From a virus, in the IMG/VR virus record IMGVR_UViG_3300032093_000089, positions 6,297 through 70,296 of that record: a DNA stretch of 64,000 bases; one strand, written 5' to 3'. This document shows positions 15,624 to 25,602 of this stretch, piece after piece (within the stretch, counting starts at the first letter, position 1; every line of letters begins with the position of its first letter). The notes beneath the pieces were generated by a model. That model made no database searches. It saw nothing but the letters and a program-made list of their open reading frames with translations, and was not told the origin of the DNA. The translations under genes were made by a program, and so were the position numbers.

Positions 15624-18259
15624 CCAACCAGAACCAGCAGGCCCTTCGCCCAGGGGAAATTAATCTCGCCTATATCCCCATGGATTGGCCTCTCACTCCT
15701 CTGGGTGCCAAGAAAGATCCTTACATCAACGGGTGGCAGAACAAACCGTTTAGTGTCCGTGAGATTGAAGAGGAAATCGTAACAGGCAAATGCCGTGCCA
15801 TTGGTCTGTTAGGTGGTCCCGTCTACAACCATCCTTACGGCTTGGTCTGGGTTGATATTGATGGTCCCAGCGTGTACAAGCTGGTGGAGGGCATCTCGGA
15901 TATGCCCCTGCTCCAGGCATTGCCGCCAACACTCACCATCATGAGTGGCAAGGTTGGCCGCGAACGTAAGCTCTACAAGCTCAATCGCGACAAGCACAAG
16001 CACTTCGTCAGGAATAAATACACCTGGCATGCGGAAGAAGAAAAAGAAAAACTCGAAATCTTATGGCAACGTCACCAAGGCGTGCTCATGGGTTTGCACC
16101 CAGAAACCGAAGGCTACTTTACAGCTGAATGCCAGGGCTTTGAGTGGGTGGATGAGCTGCCGGAATTTCCGGACTGGCTTCTGAATGCCATCATCAACAA
16201 AAATGTTCGTCAGGGTACACCTGCTAAAGAGCGTACTCGATTCGTTGGCCCTGGCTTTGCCATCAACGCTGAGGTGTCCTTAGAGCGGGACATGAAGCTG
16301 GCAACAGAAGCCATGTGGGCACTGCCGCCGGAAGCAACAGATGACTACGACATCTGGATCACGATTGGTCAGACGCTCCACAGCTTGGACGAATCTCTGC
16401 TTGAGCAGTGGGATGAATGGTCCAAGCAATCAGAAAAGTATAGGGATGGTGAGTGCCACAAGCGGTGGCGATCCTTCTCAAAAAACGGCGGTCGGGGACT
16501 TGGGTCTCTCATTCATATCGCTCAAGAGCATGGCTGGAAGCCTTCTCAGGAGCATCGTGCGATGAATGTAGACGATGACACGCTAGAGCACGTATCCAAA
16601 TTGTTGGCTGAATTAGAAGAGGATTTACAGATGGCACCGGAAGTTCTTGAGGAAACCACTGCTCCCATTGTTGCTCCGCCGATGTGGACGAAACGGCAAA
16701 AGCCGGTGTCATCAGACAAGTCAGGCAAAGACCAACGAACGCGAAACCCTTCATCAAACGTCGTTACCGATGTGGTGTTGGACCTGTATAAAGGAAATCT
16801 GCTTTTTAGTCAACCACACGGGCAATTCTTCATGTACGAGAAAGAAGCTCGTGGTCTGTGGTCTGCCCTGACCAAGATCGAAGTCATGGGTGACATCCGA
16901 TCCAAGCTGCAGCAACTGGGGGACTTCCTTCCTAATGGTTTCAGCACCAACCTGATGACCGATGTCTGCGCACAACTGCAGTCAGTGCTTGCTTTTGAGG
17001 AGTGGTATGACGGTACTGAACTACTGTTGTTTACCAATGGGGTATTGAACGTTTCAAATCGAGAGCTGATTGGTTTTAGTCGAGAGATGCATCTGGTTCA
17101 ACAGATGCCATACCCTTACGATCCGTCCGCTACTTGTGAAGAAATTATTAAATGGCTGAAGAATACGCAACACGATAGCTGGGAACGCACTCAGGTTCTG
17201 CGGGCCTGGCTACGGGCAACCCTGCTTGGCCGTTACGAAACTCAAAAGTTTGTTGAAATCGTGGGTCCCGGCAAGTCGGGGAAATCTACTTATGCCAACC
17301 TGGCCGTAGCACTTGTAGGTAAAAGTAATACGTACTCCACGGACTTTGAAAACCTGGAGAAAAATCGCTTTGAAGCAGCTGCCTATATGGGTAAAAAGCT
17401 TCTGTTGTTTCAGGATGCAGACCGTTGGGGTGGTTCGGTTTCCAGGCTGAAAGCTATTACAGGTAATGATTGGATCCGTAGTGAACGCAAGTATCAAGGC
17501 GAAGGGTTGGATCCTTTTCAGTACCACGGGGTAGTGATGATTACGGCAAACGAAGCCATTCAGTCCACTGACTATACCTCTGGTCTTGCTCGTCGTCGCC
17601 TTACCATTCCGTTCGACCGTCCGTTCACGGGCGGACCAAATGAACAAAAGGAACTGATTAAGTTCAACTCCAAGGGGGAGCCACAAGGTGTGTTCTCACC
17701 TCTACTGCCAGGGCTTGTGAACTGGCTTTTGGATATGACAGAAGATGAGATGCGTGAATATCTAATGGAAACTTCCAAGAAAGTGAAGTTCTTCCAGAAA
17801 TACGAGAAGATGCAAAACCTTCGGTCTAATCCGTTACTGGACTGGATGGAACATAAGGTGATCTACGACCCAGGTATCAGCTCAGCAGTAGGCTTTACCA
17901 AGAATGCGCCGATGGGATCATCTCATATTTACGCTAATCAAGACAAATGGTTGTACGCCAGCTACGCAGAGTTCTGTCGTCAATGCAACGTAGGCATCAT
18001 GTCGCGTAATCGATTTGAACCTCTATTTATTGATATCTGTAAGCACCAGCTAAAAATCAATGCCTTCCCCATGCGTAATACCAGGGGGATGAGGGTTGTA
18101 AATGTAGCGGTCAGAGAGTCCAGCCCAAAATATGAAGGTTGGCCATCCATCGTTGAAGTGTCATCTGATAAAGAGAAATACAAGGAATTCTATGGTATGT
18201 CGCTAGAAGTAAACCTTGATGCGACAATAGAAGATGAACTTGAAACTGCAGATGTCTAA
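15620..18259 (+). CDS. primase-helicase (Prim-Pol + PriCT-2 + D5-like SF3 helicase)
   Basis: WVDIDG, GLHPETE, YDIWITIG..WDEWS..KY..GEC..RWRSF, Walker A GPGKSGKS, LKAITGND, LARRR. Confidence 0.92.
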   Translation: MTNQNQQALRPGEINLAYIPMDWPLTPLGAKKDPYINGWQNKPFSVREIEEEIVTGKCRAIGLLGGPVYNHPYGLVWVDIDGPSVYKLVEGISDMPLLQALPPTLTIMSGKVGRERKLYKLNRDKHKHFVRNKYTWHAEEEKEKLEILWQRHQGVLMGLHPETEGYFTAECQGFEWVDELPEFPDWLLNAIINKNVRQGTPAKERTRFVGPGFAINAEVSLERDMKLATEAMWALPPEATDDYDIWITIGQTLHSLDESLLEQWDEWSKQSEKYRDGECHKRWRSFSKNGGRGLGSLIHIAQEHGWKPSQEHRAMNVDDDTLEHVSKLLAELEEDLQMAPEVLEETTAPIVAPPMWTKRQKPVSSDKSGKDQRTRNPSSNVVTDVVLDLYKGNLLFSQPHGQFFMYEKEARGLWSALTKIEVMGDIRSKLQQLGDFLPNGFSTNLMTDVCAQLQSVLAFEEWYDGTELLLFTNGVLNVSNRELIGFSREMHLVQQMPYPYDPSATCEEIIKWLKNTQHDSWERTQVLRAWLRATLLGRYETQKFVEIVGPGKSGKSTYANLAVALVGKSNTYSTDFENLEKNRFEAAAYMGKKLLLFQDADRWGGSVSRLKAITGNDWIRSERKYQGEGLDPFQYHGVVMITANEAIQSTDYTSGLARRRLTIPFDRPFTGGPNEQKELIKFNSKGEPQGVFSPLLPGLVNWLLDMTEDEMREYLMETSKKVKFFQKYEKMQNLRSNPLLDWMEHKVIYDPGISSAVGFTKNAPMGSSHIYANQDKWLYASYAEFCRQCNVGIMSRNRFEPLFIDICKHQLKINAFPMRNTRGMRVVNVAVRESSPKYEGWPSIVEVSSDKEKYKEFYGMSLEVNLDATIEDELETADV

Positions 18260-18614
18260 TGGGCGTCACTTAATTCTGGATTTGTATGAATGCGATCCAG
18301 AAGCATTGGATGATTACGACCTGCTGGAAGAGTGGTTGGAAGCTGCTCTTCTGATGTCAAAAGCAACCATCATCCGAATCTTTGGTGAGAAGTTTCAGCC
18401 CCAAGGAGTCACCCTACTGGCCTTGTTAGCTGAATCCCATGCGTCCATTCATACTTGGCCGGAGATGGGATACGCCGCCATTGACCTCTACACCTGCGGG
18501 GATACGACCAACACCCACAAGGCTGCCCAGTTCTTGAAGCACAAGCTTAAAGCAAACGTAGCGGAAGAACGGGAGCTACTACGTTCTGTTACTCCAACAG
18601 CAGATAAGAAATAA
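18234..18614 (+). CDS. speD: S-adenosylmethionine decarboxylase proenzyme
   Basis: GRHLILD, FQPQGVT, LAE|SHASIHTWPE, DLYTCG. Confidence 0.92.
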   Translation: MNLKLQMSNGRHLILDLYECDPEALDDYDLLEEWLEAALLMSKATIIRIFGEKFQPQGVTLLALLAESHASIHTWPEMGYAAIDLYTCGDTTNTHKAAQFLKHKLKANVAEERELLRSVTPTADKK

Positions 18615-18631
18615 AAAATTAATAAAAGTTT

Positions 18632-18657
18632 ACCCTTGTTTCGGCAAGGGTTTTTTT
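18632..18657 (+). terminator. intrinsic terminator
   Basis: acccttgt-ttcg-gcaagggt with T run. Confidence 0.85.
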
Positions 18658-18734
18658 GTGCCGCACGAACGTACTAAGGCACGAACGGAAGCAGTACAGG
18701 AATACCAAAATCTTAATGTGGGACTCGTTTGTTG

Positions 18735-18855
18735 GTGCAGAGATGCAGACTTTGGGGGGGTTTCAATCCTTACATGATGTAAATGACACTATCAGTCAAA
18801 GTGTCATTTAGCTCTAATAAAGATAAAAAAGGGGGTAAAGTCTGCAAGTCTGCAC
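18735..18855. repeat. nested inverted repeats, putative replication origin or protein-binding site
   Basis: Outer 19-bp arms (2 mismatches) and inner perfect 11-bp arms, with 26-nt spacers on both sides. Confidence 0.6.
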
Positions 18856-18910
18856 GGGCAAATGACAAAGCGACCCCCTAGAATGTCATTGGTTCCCTGA
18901 GAAGCCAGTC

Positions 18911-19600
18911 GTGGCAAGCGTTGTCAAAAAGCTCCAGCAAATCGAAAGGGATTTCGGGCAGCCCAACTTCCGGCACGTCCAGGGGATCGAGAACCTGGAG
19001 GAAGAAAACCTGAACAAACTGGGTTACTACCGGGGGTTCGCATGCCCTCACGGTCATCTCATCCGAGACTCAGAACGCCACTGGTGCTATGAGTGCGCCA
19101 AGAAAATCCTGAGCAACGTCTGTGGGTTTGATATGAACTACCTACATAAGGACTACAAACACAAGTACGCCAAACTCTGGAAGATGGTGAAGGTCTGCTT
19201 CCCGGAAGACTGCTGGGATATGGAGATTCCTGGTGGTGGTACGCCCAAGAGGGTGTGCTTACCCTCGTATCGGTCGGGCTACAGCAAGCAAAAGTCCGAA
19301 AACGTCAACATCCACAAAGCGATCTACCAGTGTGCATGGGGGGACGTGGGGGCTCTGGTGGTGACCAGGCTGTGCAGCAACCCTAAATGCGCCAACCCCT
19401 TACATATGGTTTCCAGTTTTAATCGCAACTTTCCGCCTGCAAGCGTTACTCCTTTAGAACTGGAGTTTAAAGCTGAAAAGCTAATGTTATTTAATCGGCA
19501 GTCTCAACATGAGTCTGGTATGCAACCAGTAATACAGCAAGAGTACAAAAATGTTATTACACATCCAGAATACGTAAAAGAACAAAAGGAAGAAAGTTAA
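18911..19600 (+). CDS. zinc-binding HNH/His-Me-like protein
   Basis: CPHGH..CYEC; DCW; VVTRLCSNPKCANPLHM. Confidence 0.6.
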   Translation: MASVVKKLQQIERDFGQPNFRHVQGIENLEEENLNKLGYYRGFACPHGHLIRDSERHWCYECAKKILSNVCGFDMNYLHKDYKHKYAKLWKMVKVCFPEDCWDMEIPGGGTPKRVCLPSYRSGYSKQKSENVNIHKAIYQCAWGDVGALVVTRLCSNPKCANPLHMVSSFNRNFPPASVTPLELEFKAEKLMLFNRQSQHESGMQPVIQQEYKNVITHPEYVKEQKEES

Positions 19601-19678
19601 ACGGATTCCCAGGCTATCTGTAAATTTTCTTTTTATTGTCAAGAAAATTAGTATACTGATCTCAGTTAAGTTGTAAAA

Positions 19679-20923
19679 ATGACTGACAACAAGCCCAAAT
19701 TGCTTTGGATTGGAGATATTGTTGCAACTACGGGCTTTGCTCGTGTTACCGAAAATGTCCTTAGCCGCCTAAAAGATCGGTATGAAATTCATGTACTTGG
19801 TTGCAATTGGCATGGTGATTACACTCCTCTTCAAAATGAGTACTTTTTATACCCGGCGTCTAACCGCTTTCAGCAGGCACCGTTTGGAGAAGATCGTATT
19901 CGGGAATTGGTAGAGCGTATCCGCCCTGATGTTGTCCTTACAATTAACGACAGCTGGATTATCAATGAACAATGGCGACGAATTGCTGATTTGCGCGATC
20001 AATTGAATTTTAAATTCGTGGGTTATTATCCCATGGATTCATATGAATGGTATGGAGCACTTCTTGATACCCTCAACGATTGGGATGCGGCCATTTGCTA
20101 TACAGAATTTGGCGCACAAGAAACAATCAATGCTGGATCCAAGGTTCCAATTACCGTCATTCCTCATGGAATGACTAAAAATCAATTTTATCCAACGGAT
20201 AAGAAAAAAGCCAGAGAAGAGCTTGGCCTTAATCCAGACGATTTTATTGTTTTTAATGGTAATCGTAATCAATTCCGCAAACGAATTGACATTACAATCA
20301 GTGCGTTTGCCAAGTTTGCTGTTGATCGCCCTGATACAAAACTTTATCTCCACATGGGGATGAAGGATCAGGGTTGGGACATCATGCCGTTATTCGCCAG
20401 GGAAATGGTGCGGCAGGGTCTTGATCCCAACAACAGAATTATTATGACAACTCCGCATTCAAACCCTCCTTCAGTCCCGGTAGAGCTATTGAATACAATT
20501 TATAACGTTGCAGACGTTGGTGTTAACACATGTAAAGGTGAGGGTTGGGGACTTGTTAATTTTGAACACGCTGCTTGCCGCGTTGCTCAAGTAGTGCCTA
20601 ATCACACTTCTTGTAAAGAAATCTTTGATGGCACTGGAGAACTTATTCGTTCTCTGCATGGTGATGTAGACGTTAATTTTGGCCGGATTATGCCATGCCC
20701 GGATGACAATCATCTAGCACAGATCTTGGGAGAGCTTTATGAAAATCGTAACAAACTTGATCAAGTTGCTCAGGCTTGTTACGACCGTGTAACGGATACC
20801 TGTTTTGATTGGAGTACGGTGTCCGATCAATTTGATGAAGTGTTTCAGGAAGTTCTTTCCAAGAAAGAAGAAAAAATCCCACAAATTGTAAAACCAAAAG
20901 CTCGAAAAAAAGCTAAAAAATAA
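19679..20923 (+). CDS. glycosyltransferase GT-B (GT4-like)
   Basis: TGFARV, IPHG, RNQFRKRID, GEGWGLVNFEHAAC (Ex7E). Confidence 0.88.
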   Translation: MTDNKPKLLWIGDIVATTGFARVTENVLSRLKDRYEIHVLGCNWHGDYTPLQNEYFLYPASNRFQQAPFGEDRIRELVERIRPDVVLTINDSWIINEQWRRIADLRDQLNFKFVGYYPMDSYEWYGALLDTLNDWDAAICYTEFGAQETINAGSKVPITVIPHGMTKNQFYPTDKKKAREELGLNPDDFIVFNGNRNQFRKRIDITISAFAKFAVDRPDTKLYLHMGMKDQGWDIMPLFAREMVRQGLDPNNRIIMTTPHSNPPSVPVELLNTIYNVADVGVNTCKGEGWGLVNFEHAACRVAQVVPNHTSCKEIFDGTGELIRSLHGDVDVNFGRIMPCPDDNHLAQILGELYENRNKLDQVAQACYDRVTDTCFDWSTVSDQFDEVFQEVLSKKEEKIPQIVKPKARKKAKK

Positions 20924-20933
20924 TTAAACAATA

Positions 20934-20959
20934 AAGGCTCCGTTAATCGGAGCTTTTTT
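20934..20959 (+). terminator. intrinsic terminator
   Basis: ggctccg-ttaat-cggagct followed by T run. Confidence 0.8.
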
Positions 20960-21015
20960 ATGACACTGACTACTCAAATAATGAAGAGTAGAATGTTAAA
21001 AAGTTGATTATCATA

Positions 21016-21759
21016 ATGCGTGCTTCAACCCAACAAAGACAAAGAACCAAAGAAAATCCTTTAATCTTGGGTTCATTTGAACAGCTTTCTGTTAGGAGGT
21101 TGACCGGAGCTTTGGGACCAAAAAATAAACTTGTTGGGCGCTCTGATACAAGCTTGACATCTAATGGAGGTTTTGGTGAAGGTACTTACAATCATTGGTT
21201 TCAAATTAATTTATTATCTCCTGCCTGGATTATTCTTGCAAAAGGAGGTCCAAGGCCCAAGTATATAAACGTTTCTGCTTATGACTTGAATTTGACTCCA
21301 ATTGAAGGACGTGCAATTTTTGATGTAGACAGCATTCCAGAAACTCGCAATGGGGATGTCTACCATCCTTATGTTGGTCATGTAATGAATAAACAATCAA
21401 ACCTATATAATTATTTTTTTCCAGAGCGTTTAGATAAAGGAGATGAAAGATACTACCCATTAGGTGTTGGTGGTTATTTATTGTGCGTATCCACTACTCG
21501 CAATGAACCTTTGGATTACGAAGTATGTATTGTTGTGGAGTTTCCCACGACTACATTAGATATTGTTTTAGAAGATTATGCATATCTTTTATATGAAAAT
21601 TTGGATGAAAGTTTTGTAATTGCGGATACTGTTAGCGATTATGTTGAAACAGGTATTCATGCTCATTCGTTATCCGAATGGGATGATGCTTGGAAACGTG
21701 AGCATCAACAAGGCGATCCCTTTCCTGCTCCGCTAGTGCCCCTGGCAACTCAACCTTAA
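21016..21759 (+). CDS. hypothetical protein
   Basis: Long ORF; TAGAAT 20 nt upstream of ATG 21016. Confidence 0.7.
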   Translation: MRASTQQRQRTKENPLILGSFEQLSVRRLTGALGPKNKLVGRSDTSLTSNGGFGEGTYNHWFQINLLSPAWIILAKGGPRPKYINVSAYDLNLTPIEGRAIFDVDSIPETRNGDVYHPYVGHVMNKQSNLYNYFFPERLDKGDERYYPLGVGGYLLCVSTTRNEPLDYEVCIVVEFPTTTLDIVLEDYAYLLYENLDESFVIADTVSDYVETGIHAHSLSEWDDAWKREHQQGDPFPAPLVPLATQP

Positions 21760-21810
21760 TTAAAACTACGCTAAACTCGGGCTTATTAAATTTGATGCAA
21801 TATAAAAAGG

Positions 21811-22248
21811 ATGTCATTTCGGACAAAACGGCGGAAAAAAACCGGAAAACTTTCTTTGCCGACCGGGTTTTTTGTGAAGGTACGACTTATCCCTTGGGTC
21901 AAGACCCAGAATGGTTGTGTGTGGTTAGCCAGCATGGCCGCATCCAAGTCAGACCGTCAGGTGAACGATTGGCTGGATCGAAGAAGAAACCATCGTGTCC
22001 GCCGGATGGATATGAATTTGACCGGTAAGCACGGAAACCAGCTTCAGGTGTTAGCTGTTCGCTTTACTCGTCAAATGGAAATATTGATTCCACAGGGTGA
22101 CTCTGTATTTTTTATATGCGAGTCAGCCAAGCCCGATAAACAATTTCGCGTTTGGAAAAAATGGTTTCTTAAACATGAAAACAATCAATGGGAGTTTGAT
22201 GAAAAAAACAAAGGATTTTTCTTTTATAGAAGTAAAGATTTAGAATAA
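21811..22248 (+). CDS. hypothetical basic protein
   Basis: 145-aa ORF. Confidence 0.6.
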   Translation: MSFRTKRRKKTGKLSLPTGFFVKVRLIPWVKTQNGCVWLASMAASKSDRQVNDWLDRRRNHRVRRMDMNLTGKHGNQLQVLAVRFTRQMEILIPQGDSVFFICESAKPDKQFRVWKKWFLKHENNQWEFDEKNKGFFFYRSKDLE

Positions 22249-22268
22249 AAAAAACAGGGATAAACCCA

Positions 22269-22433
22269 ATGGACAAACTCAATCAGTATTTAGAAGTTGC
22301 ACTTGCTGTTCATGCAACTGCTTCTGTAATTGTTGCGTTAACACCGACACCCTCTGATGATAAATTGGTTGGTAAGTTTTATAAACTTATCGAGATCCTA
22401 GCTCTTGTTGTTGGGCGTGCCAAGCAACGTTAA
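22269..22433 (+). CDS. putative holin (not in ORF track)
   Basis: MDKLNQYLEVALAVHATASVIVALTPTPSDDKLVGKFYKLIEILALVVGRAKQR*; hydrophobic helices, TPTPxDD motif; abuts endolysin. Confidence 0.55.
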   Translation: MDKLNQYLEVALAVHATASVIVALTPTPSDDKLVGKFYKLIEILALVVGRAKQR

Positions 22434-23458
22434 TAATTCCAGCGAATTTTTTGTTTGGTTGCGCGTATTCCTAAATGCACAAACCCCTTGGGAGCACCGT
22501 ATCCAAGTGAGGCGGGCCAGTGTTTATCACAGTATTTTTCAACTTCGTAAATACTGGCCCCTTTGATGTAAAAATCAATGGCTCCTACGTTGGGAGCATT
22601 ATATAGGTGCTCAGAAGAAGAAGCGCCTCCAACAGAACGATTAATGGCGGGAGGGCGATATCCACTTGTGATAATTACAGGTTTGCCTCCAAAGTTTTTG
22701 CGAACTTGTTCAATAAATCTACACAATTCAATTGCAGTGTCACATTGATATTTTTGTGTAAAACGACGTGCTTCTTGGTTTAAACAAATTTCACCATAAG
22801 TAATGTTAGGTGTTACTTTGTATTCAAAAGGGCTGTTAGGTAAAAAAGGATTTGCTGCTGGCACTGAATCAGGCTTTGATAAAACAGGGATCGTTTTGAT
22901 TTGACGATCCATAATTTGAATCAATTTTATTGCGTAATTAGGATCTGTAGCATATTTTTCTTTTACCAATAACTCTGCACATTCATTCCTATTTTCGGCG
23001 CGATTGACACCTTTATATTGACCAAAATCTTTGTACCACCGATCCACTAAGTAATGGACACATGTTGTTAAATCAGGAAAATCAAGAAACCCCGCTTTAA
23101 TTAGGATCCAGTTACCGTTAATAAATTCTTGAGTACTGACATTAGAGCCCGATCCTTTTAATCCAAAAAAATTATTAACACCAGAGGTATGTTCTCCCCA
23201 GCCCGACTCTAATGCCCATTGTGCTGCTACACATTCAGGAAATCTTGCACCTGCTTTTTTAGCAGCAGCAAAAACGCCTTCCCATGTATTAGAAAAAAGT
23301 TCTTGCGGAAGTTTATGTTTTTCTTCGTTATTACGATAGCGTTCGGCAAAACCGTCTAACTGCTCAAGTGTTAGCTGTTTTTGTAGCCAGTCCCAGGCTT
23401 CATTTTGATGCTTTAATTTGTTGTAGTGCTCGGCTGCATCACGTAGTTTTATTGGCAT
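22430..23458 (-). CDS. endolysin: GH73 glucosaminidase + peptidase M15A
   Basis: AQWALESGWG, NNFFGLKG, YATDPNY; ITSGYR, SSEH, AIDF, GFVHLG. Confidence 0.88.
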   Translation of the reverse strand: MPIKLRDAAEHYNKLKHQNEAWDWLQKQLTLEQLDGFAERYRNNEEKHKLPQELFSNTWEGVFAAAKKAGARFPECVAAQWALESGWGEHTSGVNNFFGLKGSGSNVSTQEFINGNWILIKAGFLDFPDLTTCVHYLVDRWYKDFGQYKGVNRAENRNECAELLVKEKYATDPNYAIKLIQIMDRQIKTIPVLSKPDSVPAANPFLPNSPFEYKVTPNITYGEICLNQEARRFTQKYQCDTAIELCRFIEQVRKNFGGKPVIITSGYRPPAINRSVGGASSSEHLYNAPNVGAIDFYIKGASIYEVEKYCDKHWPASLGYGAPKGFVHLGIRATKQKIRWNY

Positions 23459-24149
23459 TGTCCAACAACTGTTTGAAATTGCCTACATATACTTTAGGTC
23501 CAACATGCATACATGTAGACGTGGTATTAATCCAAATATCAAACCCTAACTGTTTTAATTTTTCGCAAAGATAAATATCCTCGCCCATAAAATGTTCGCC
23601 AATAAAATCGTACTGACAGATATTAAACAGTTGTTTACCACGAAATTCAGTTAGGGTGCTGTTGTCCGCCAATGCTTTCAAGGCTTTTCGGCCCAGCTTT
23701 AAACAGCTGGTGCTTACCCTGTCCGCCTTTACCCAATTTCCTTCTTGCTTGGGTTCGCCTGCAAAAGAGATGTCGTAACTTTCAATATCAGTTTTTTTGA
23801 CTGTAGGGATAGCCACTACATCTCGTGCATCGGTAATAACATCCAAAAAAGATTGAGCGTTACAAAAAACGTCGGAGTCAATAAAGATAAGGTTGTCAAA
23901 ATCACCCTTAATGGCAGCTGTCAACAGTTCGTTTCGGGCCATGGGGAGGATGCTCTCATAAGACAAAAGAATCATCTGAACATCAATACCCTTCATCTGA
24001 CAAAGCTTTGTGATCTCATGGATGGCGTAGCTGTACCAGGCATCAACACGGCCGTCGAGAGCAGGAGTCCCAATCAGTACACGCTTTGGTTGTTTCTGAG
24101 ATTGTTTAAAAGTTTTTGCCACTGGGAAAACCTTTTTTGCCATGTCCAA
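23439..24149 (-). CDS. glycosyltransferase GT-A-like
   Basis: IGTPALDG, ARNEL, IFIDSD (DxD), GEDIYLC, CMHVG. Confidence 0.75.
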   Translation of the reverse strand: MDMAKKVFPVAKTFKQSQKQPKRVLIGTPALDGRVDAWYSYAIHEITKLCQMKGIDVQMILLSYESILPMARNELLTAAIKGDFDNLIFIDSDVFCNAQSFLDVITDARDVVAIPTVKKTDIESYDISFAGEPKQEGNWVKADRVSTSCLKLGRKALKALADNSTLTEFRGKQLFNICQYDFIGEHFMGEDIYLCEKLKQLGFDIWINTTSTCMHVGPKVYVGNFKQLLDNANKTT

Positions 24150-24997
24150 TGTTTATTGTAAAATTTTGTTTGATCAGCTAAATTCTGTTGATTTTCTGGT
24201 GACCAATAATTGTCAATGACCCTGTTCAAAAGAATAGCGTAATTTTGTGCCAATCGTTCATAATTACTGTCGTAACTTATAAAGTCAGCGTATTCACCAC
24301 AGGTTTCAAACAATGCACCGTAATTAGTGACCACTGCTTGGCATCCAGCGCACATTGCTTCTATTGCTGAAATGCAAGAAGTTTCTTCAAATATGCTGGG
24401 ATAAGCAAAAATATGAGCGTCTTGAAGGGCGGAACGGATCTCTTCGTTTGGCGCGTATCCTTTAACATTAATTCCAGGGGTGTTTTTTAATTCTGCAAAC
24501 AGCTGATCAAACTGTCCCTCCAAGGATTTAGCAAACGACTTGCCGTAAATAATTGTTGAAGAATATACGTCCAGTTCAATGTCATCTCTGTTGAGAATTT
24601 GAAAAGCACGCAATAATACATGCAGTCCGCGCCAGGGGGTTGATGTGTAGATCAACTTGAGCTTACCTTTAGGTTTATGTTTTAGCTCAAAAGCTGTCGT
24701 TGCATTTTTAATAACAACTGACTTCCAGGCTGGCGTGTTGAATTTTTCCCTAAATTTTTCATAACACCAATGAGAGTCATAAATAAAACAATCAATTTTA
24801 TCAACAAAATTAGGGCTCTTCATGCCCTGTACATTTTCTTGGTCGTAACTCAATTCTTGTAAAAGAATGTTTTTTTTACCTGGAACAATCAATTCAGGCC
24901 TGCATACAGAAACAATCAAGTTAATTCCGGAGAAATTTAACTTGCTTTTTAATGTTTCAACAAGGATTTCTGTGCCGCCTTTTGGTTGATCAGGCAT
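24074..24997 (-). CDS. glycosyltransferase GT-B (GT4-like)
   Basis: GGTE, YTSTPWRGL, YPSIFEETSCISAIEAM; start likely MPDQPKGG. Confidence 0.85.
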   Translation of the reverse strand: MPDQPKGGTEILVETLKSKLNFSGINLIVSVCRPELIVPGKKNILLQELSYDQENVQGMKSPNFVDKIDCFIYDSHWCYEKFREKFNTPAWKSVVIKNATTAFELKHKPKGKLKLIYTSTPWRGLHVLLRAFQILNRDDIELDVYSSTIIYGKSFAKSLEGQFDQLFAELKNTPGINVKGYAPNEEIRSALQDAHIFAYPSIFEETSCISAIEAMCAGCQAVVTNYGALFETCGEYADFISYDSNYERLAQNYAILLNRVIDNYWSPENQQNLADQTKFYNKHWTWQKRFSQWQKLLNNLRNNQSVY

Positions 24998-25595
24998 TAC
25001 ATTCAAACAGGAAATCAACCTGGAGTAACTGATTGTTCCGATCATAGATATTATCGATGATGTCTCGCAAGTAGTATCCTTTTTTATCCAAGTAGCTGAT
25101 TACACTTCCTGCTAAAGGAGCACCATGATTGTATTGCTGGACTGATGTTTCCAAGAGCAGATATCGTGGTCGTGTTTGTTTGAAGTATTTTTTGCCGCCT
25201 TTCAAAATGTCAAGTTCAGCGCCTTGTACATCAAGCTTAATTAAATCAAATGATGGAAAGTTTAAATCATCTATTGCATACATCCACTTTTTGAGCACCA
25301 CGGGATTGGTGTAGTAGATCGTGTTCTCACGATAGATGGAACTTCCGGTTGTGCAGCTTTCCTCCGGAAGCGTGTAGAAATCTACTTGTTTAGTTTCTTT
25401 GCCAAGTAGATAAAAATCTGTGTTAAACGCTTGAAGGAATGGCGCCTGTCGTTCGTCTCCCTCAATACATTTGATGCGTGCACCAGGAAACAACTGATGG
25501 GCTAGGCGTGCAAACTCGCCGCGATAAGCTCCAACATCTAAAACACTTGTGACAGGGTGCTCTAGATGCTGGAGGCGCTGTCGAAACCGATCCAT
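24990..25595 (-). CDS. FkbM-family methyltransferase
   Basis: VLDVGAYRGEF, LIKLDVQGAELDIL, LLQVDFLF. Confidence 0.88.
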   Translation of the reverse strand: MDRFRQRLQHLEHPVTSVLDVGAYRGEFARLAHQLFPGARIKCIEGDERQAPFLQAFNTDFYLLGKETKQVDFYTLPEESCTTGSSIYRENTIYYTNPVVLKKWMYAIDDLNFPSFDLIKLDVQGAELDILKGGKKYFKQTRPRYLLLETSVQQYNHGAPLAGSVISYLDKKGYYLRDIIDNIYDRNNQLLQVDFLFECNA

Positions 25596-25602
25596 TGAGG
25601 GA

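Noticed and set aside
7104-19620. 12-nt identity CCAGGCTATCTG at 7104 and 19609, both intergenic
   Set aside because: Some 12-mer repeats are expected by chance in 64 kb; match does not extend
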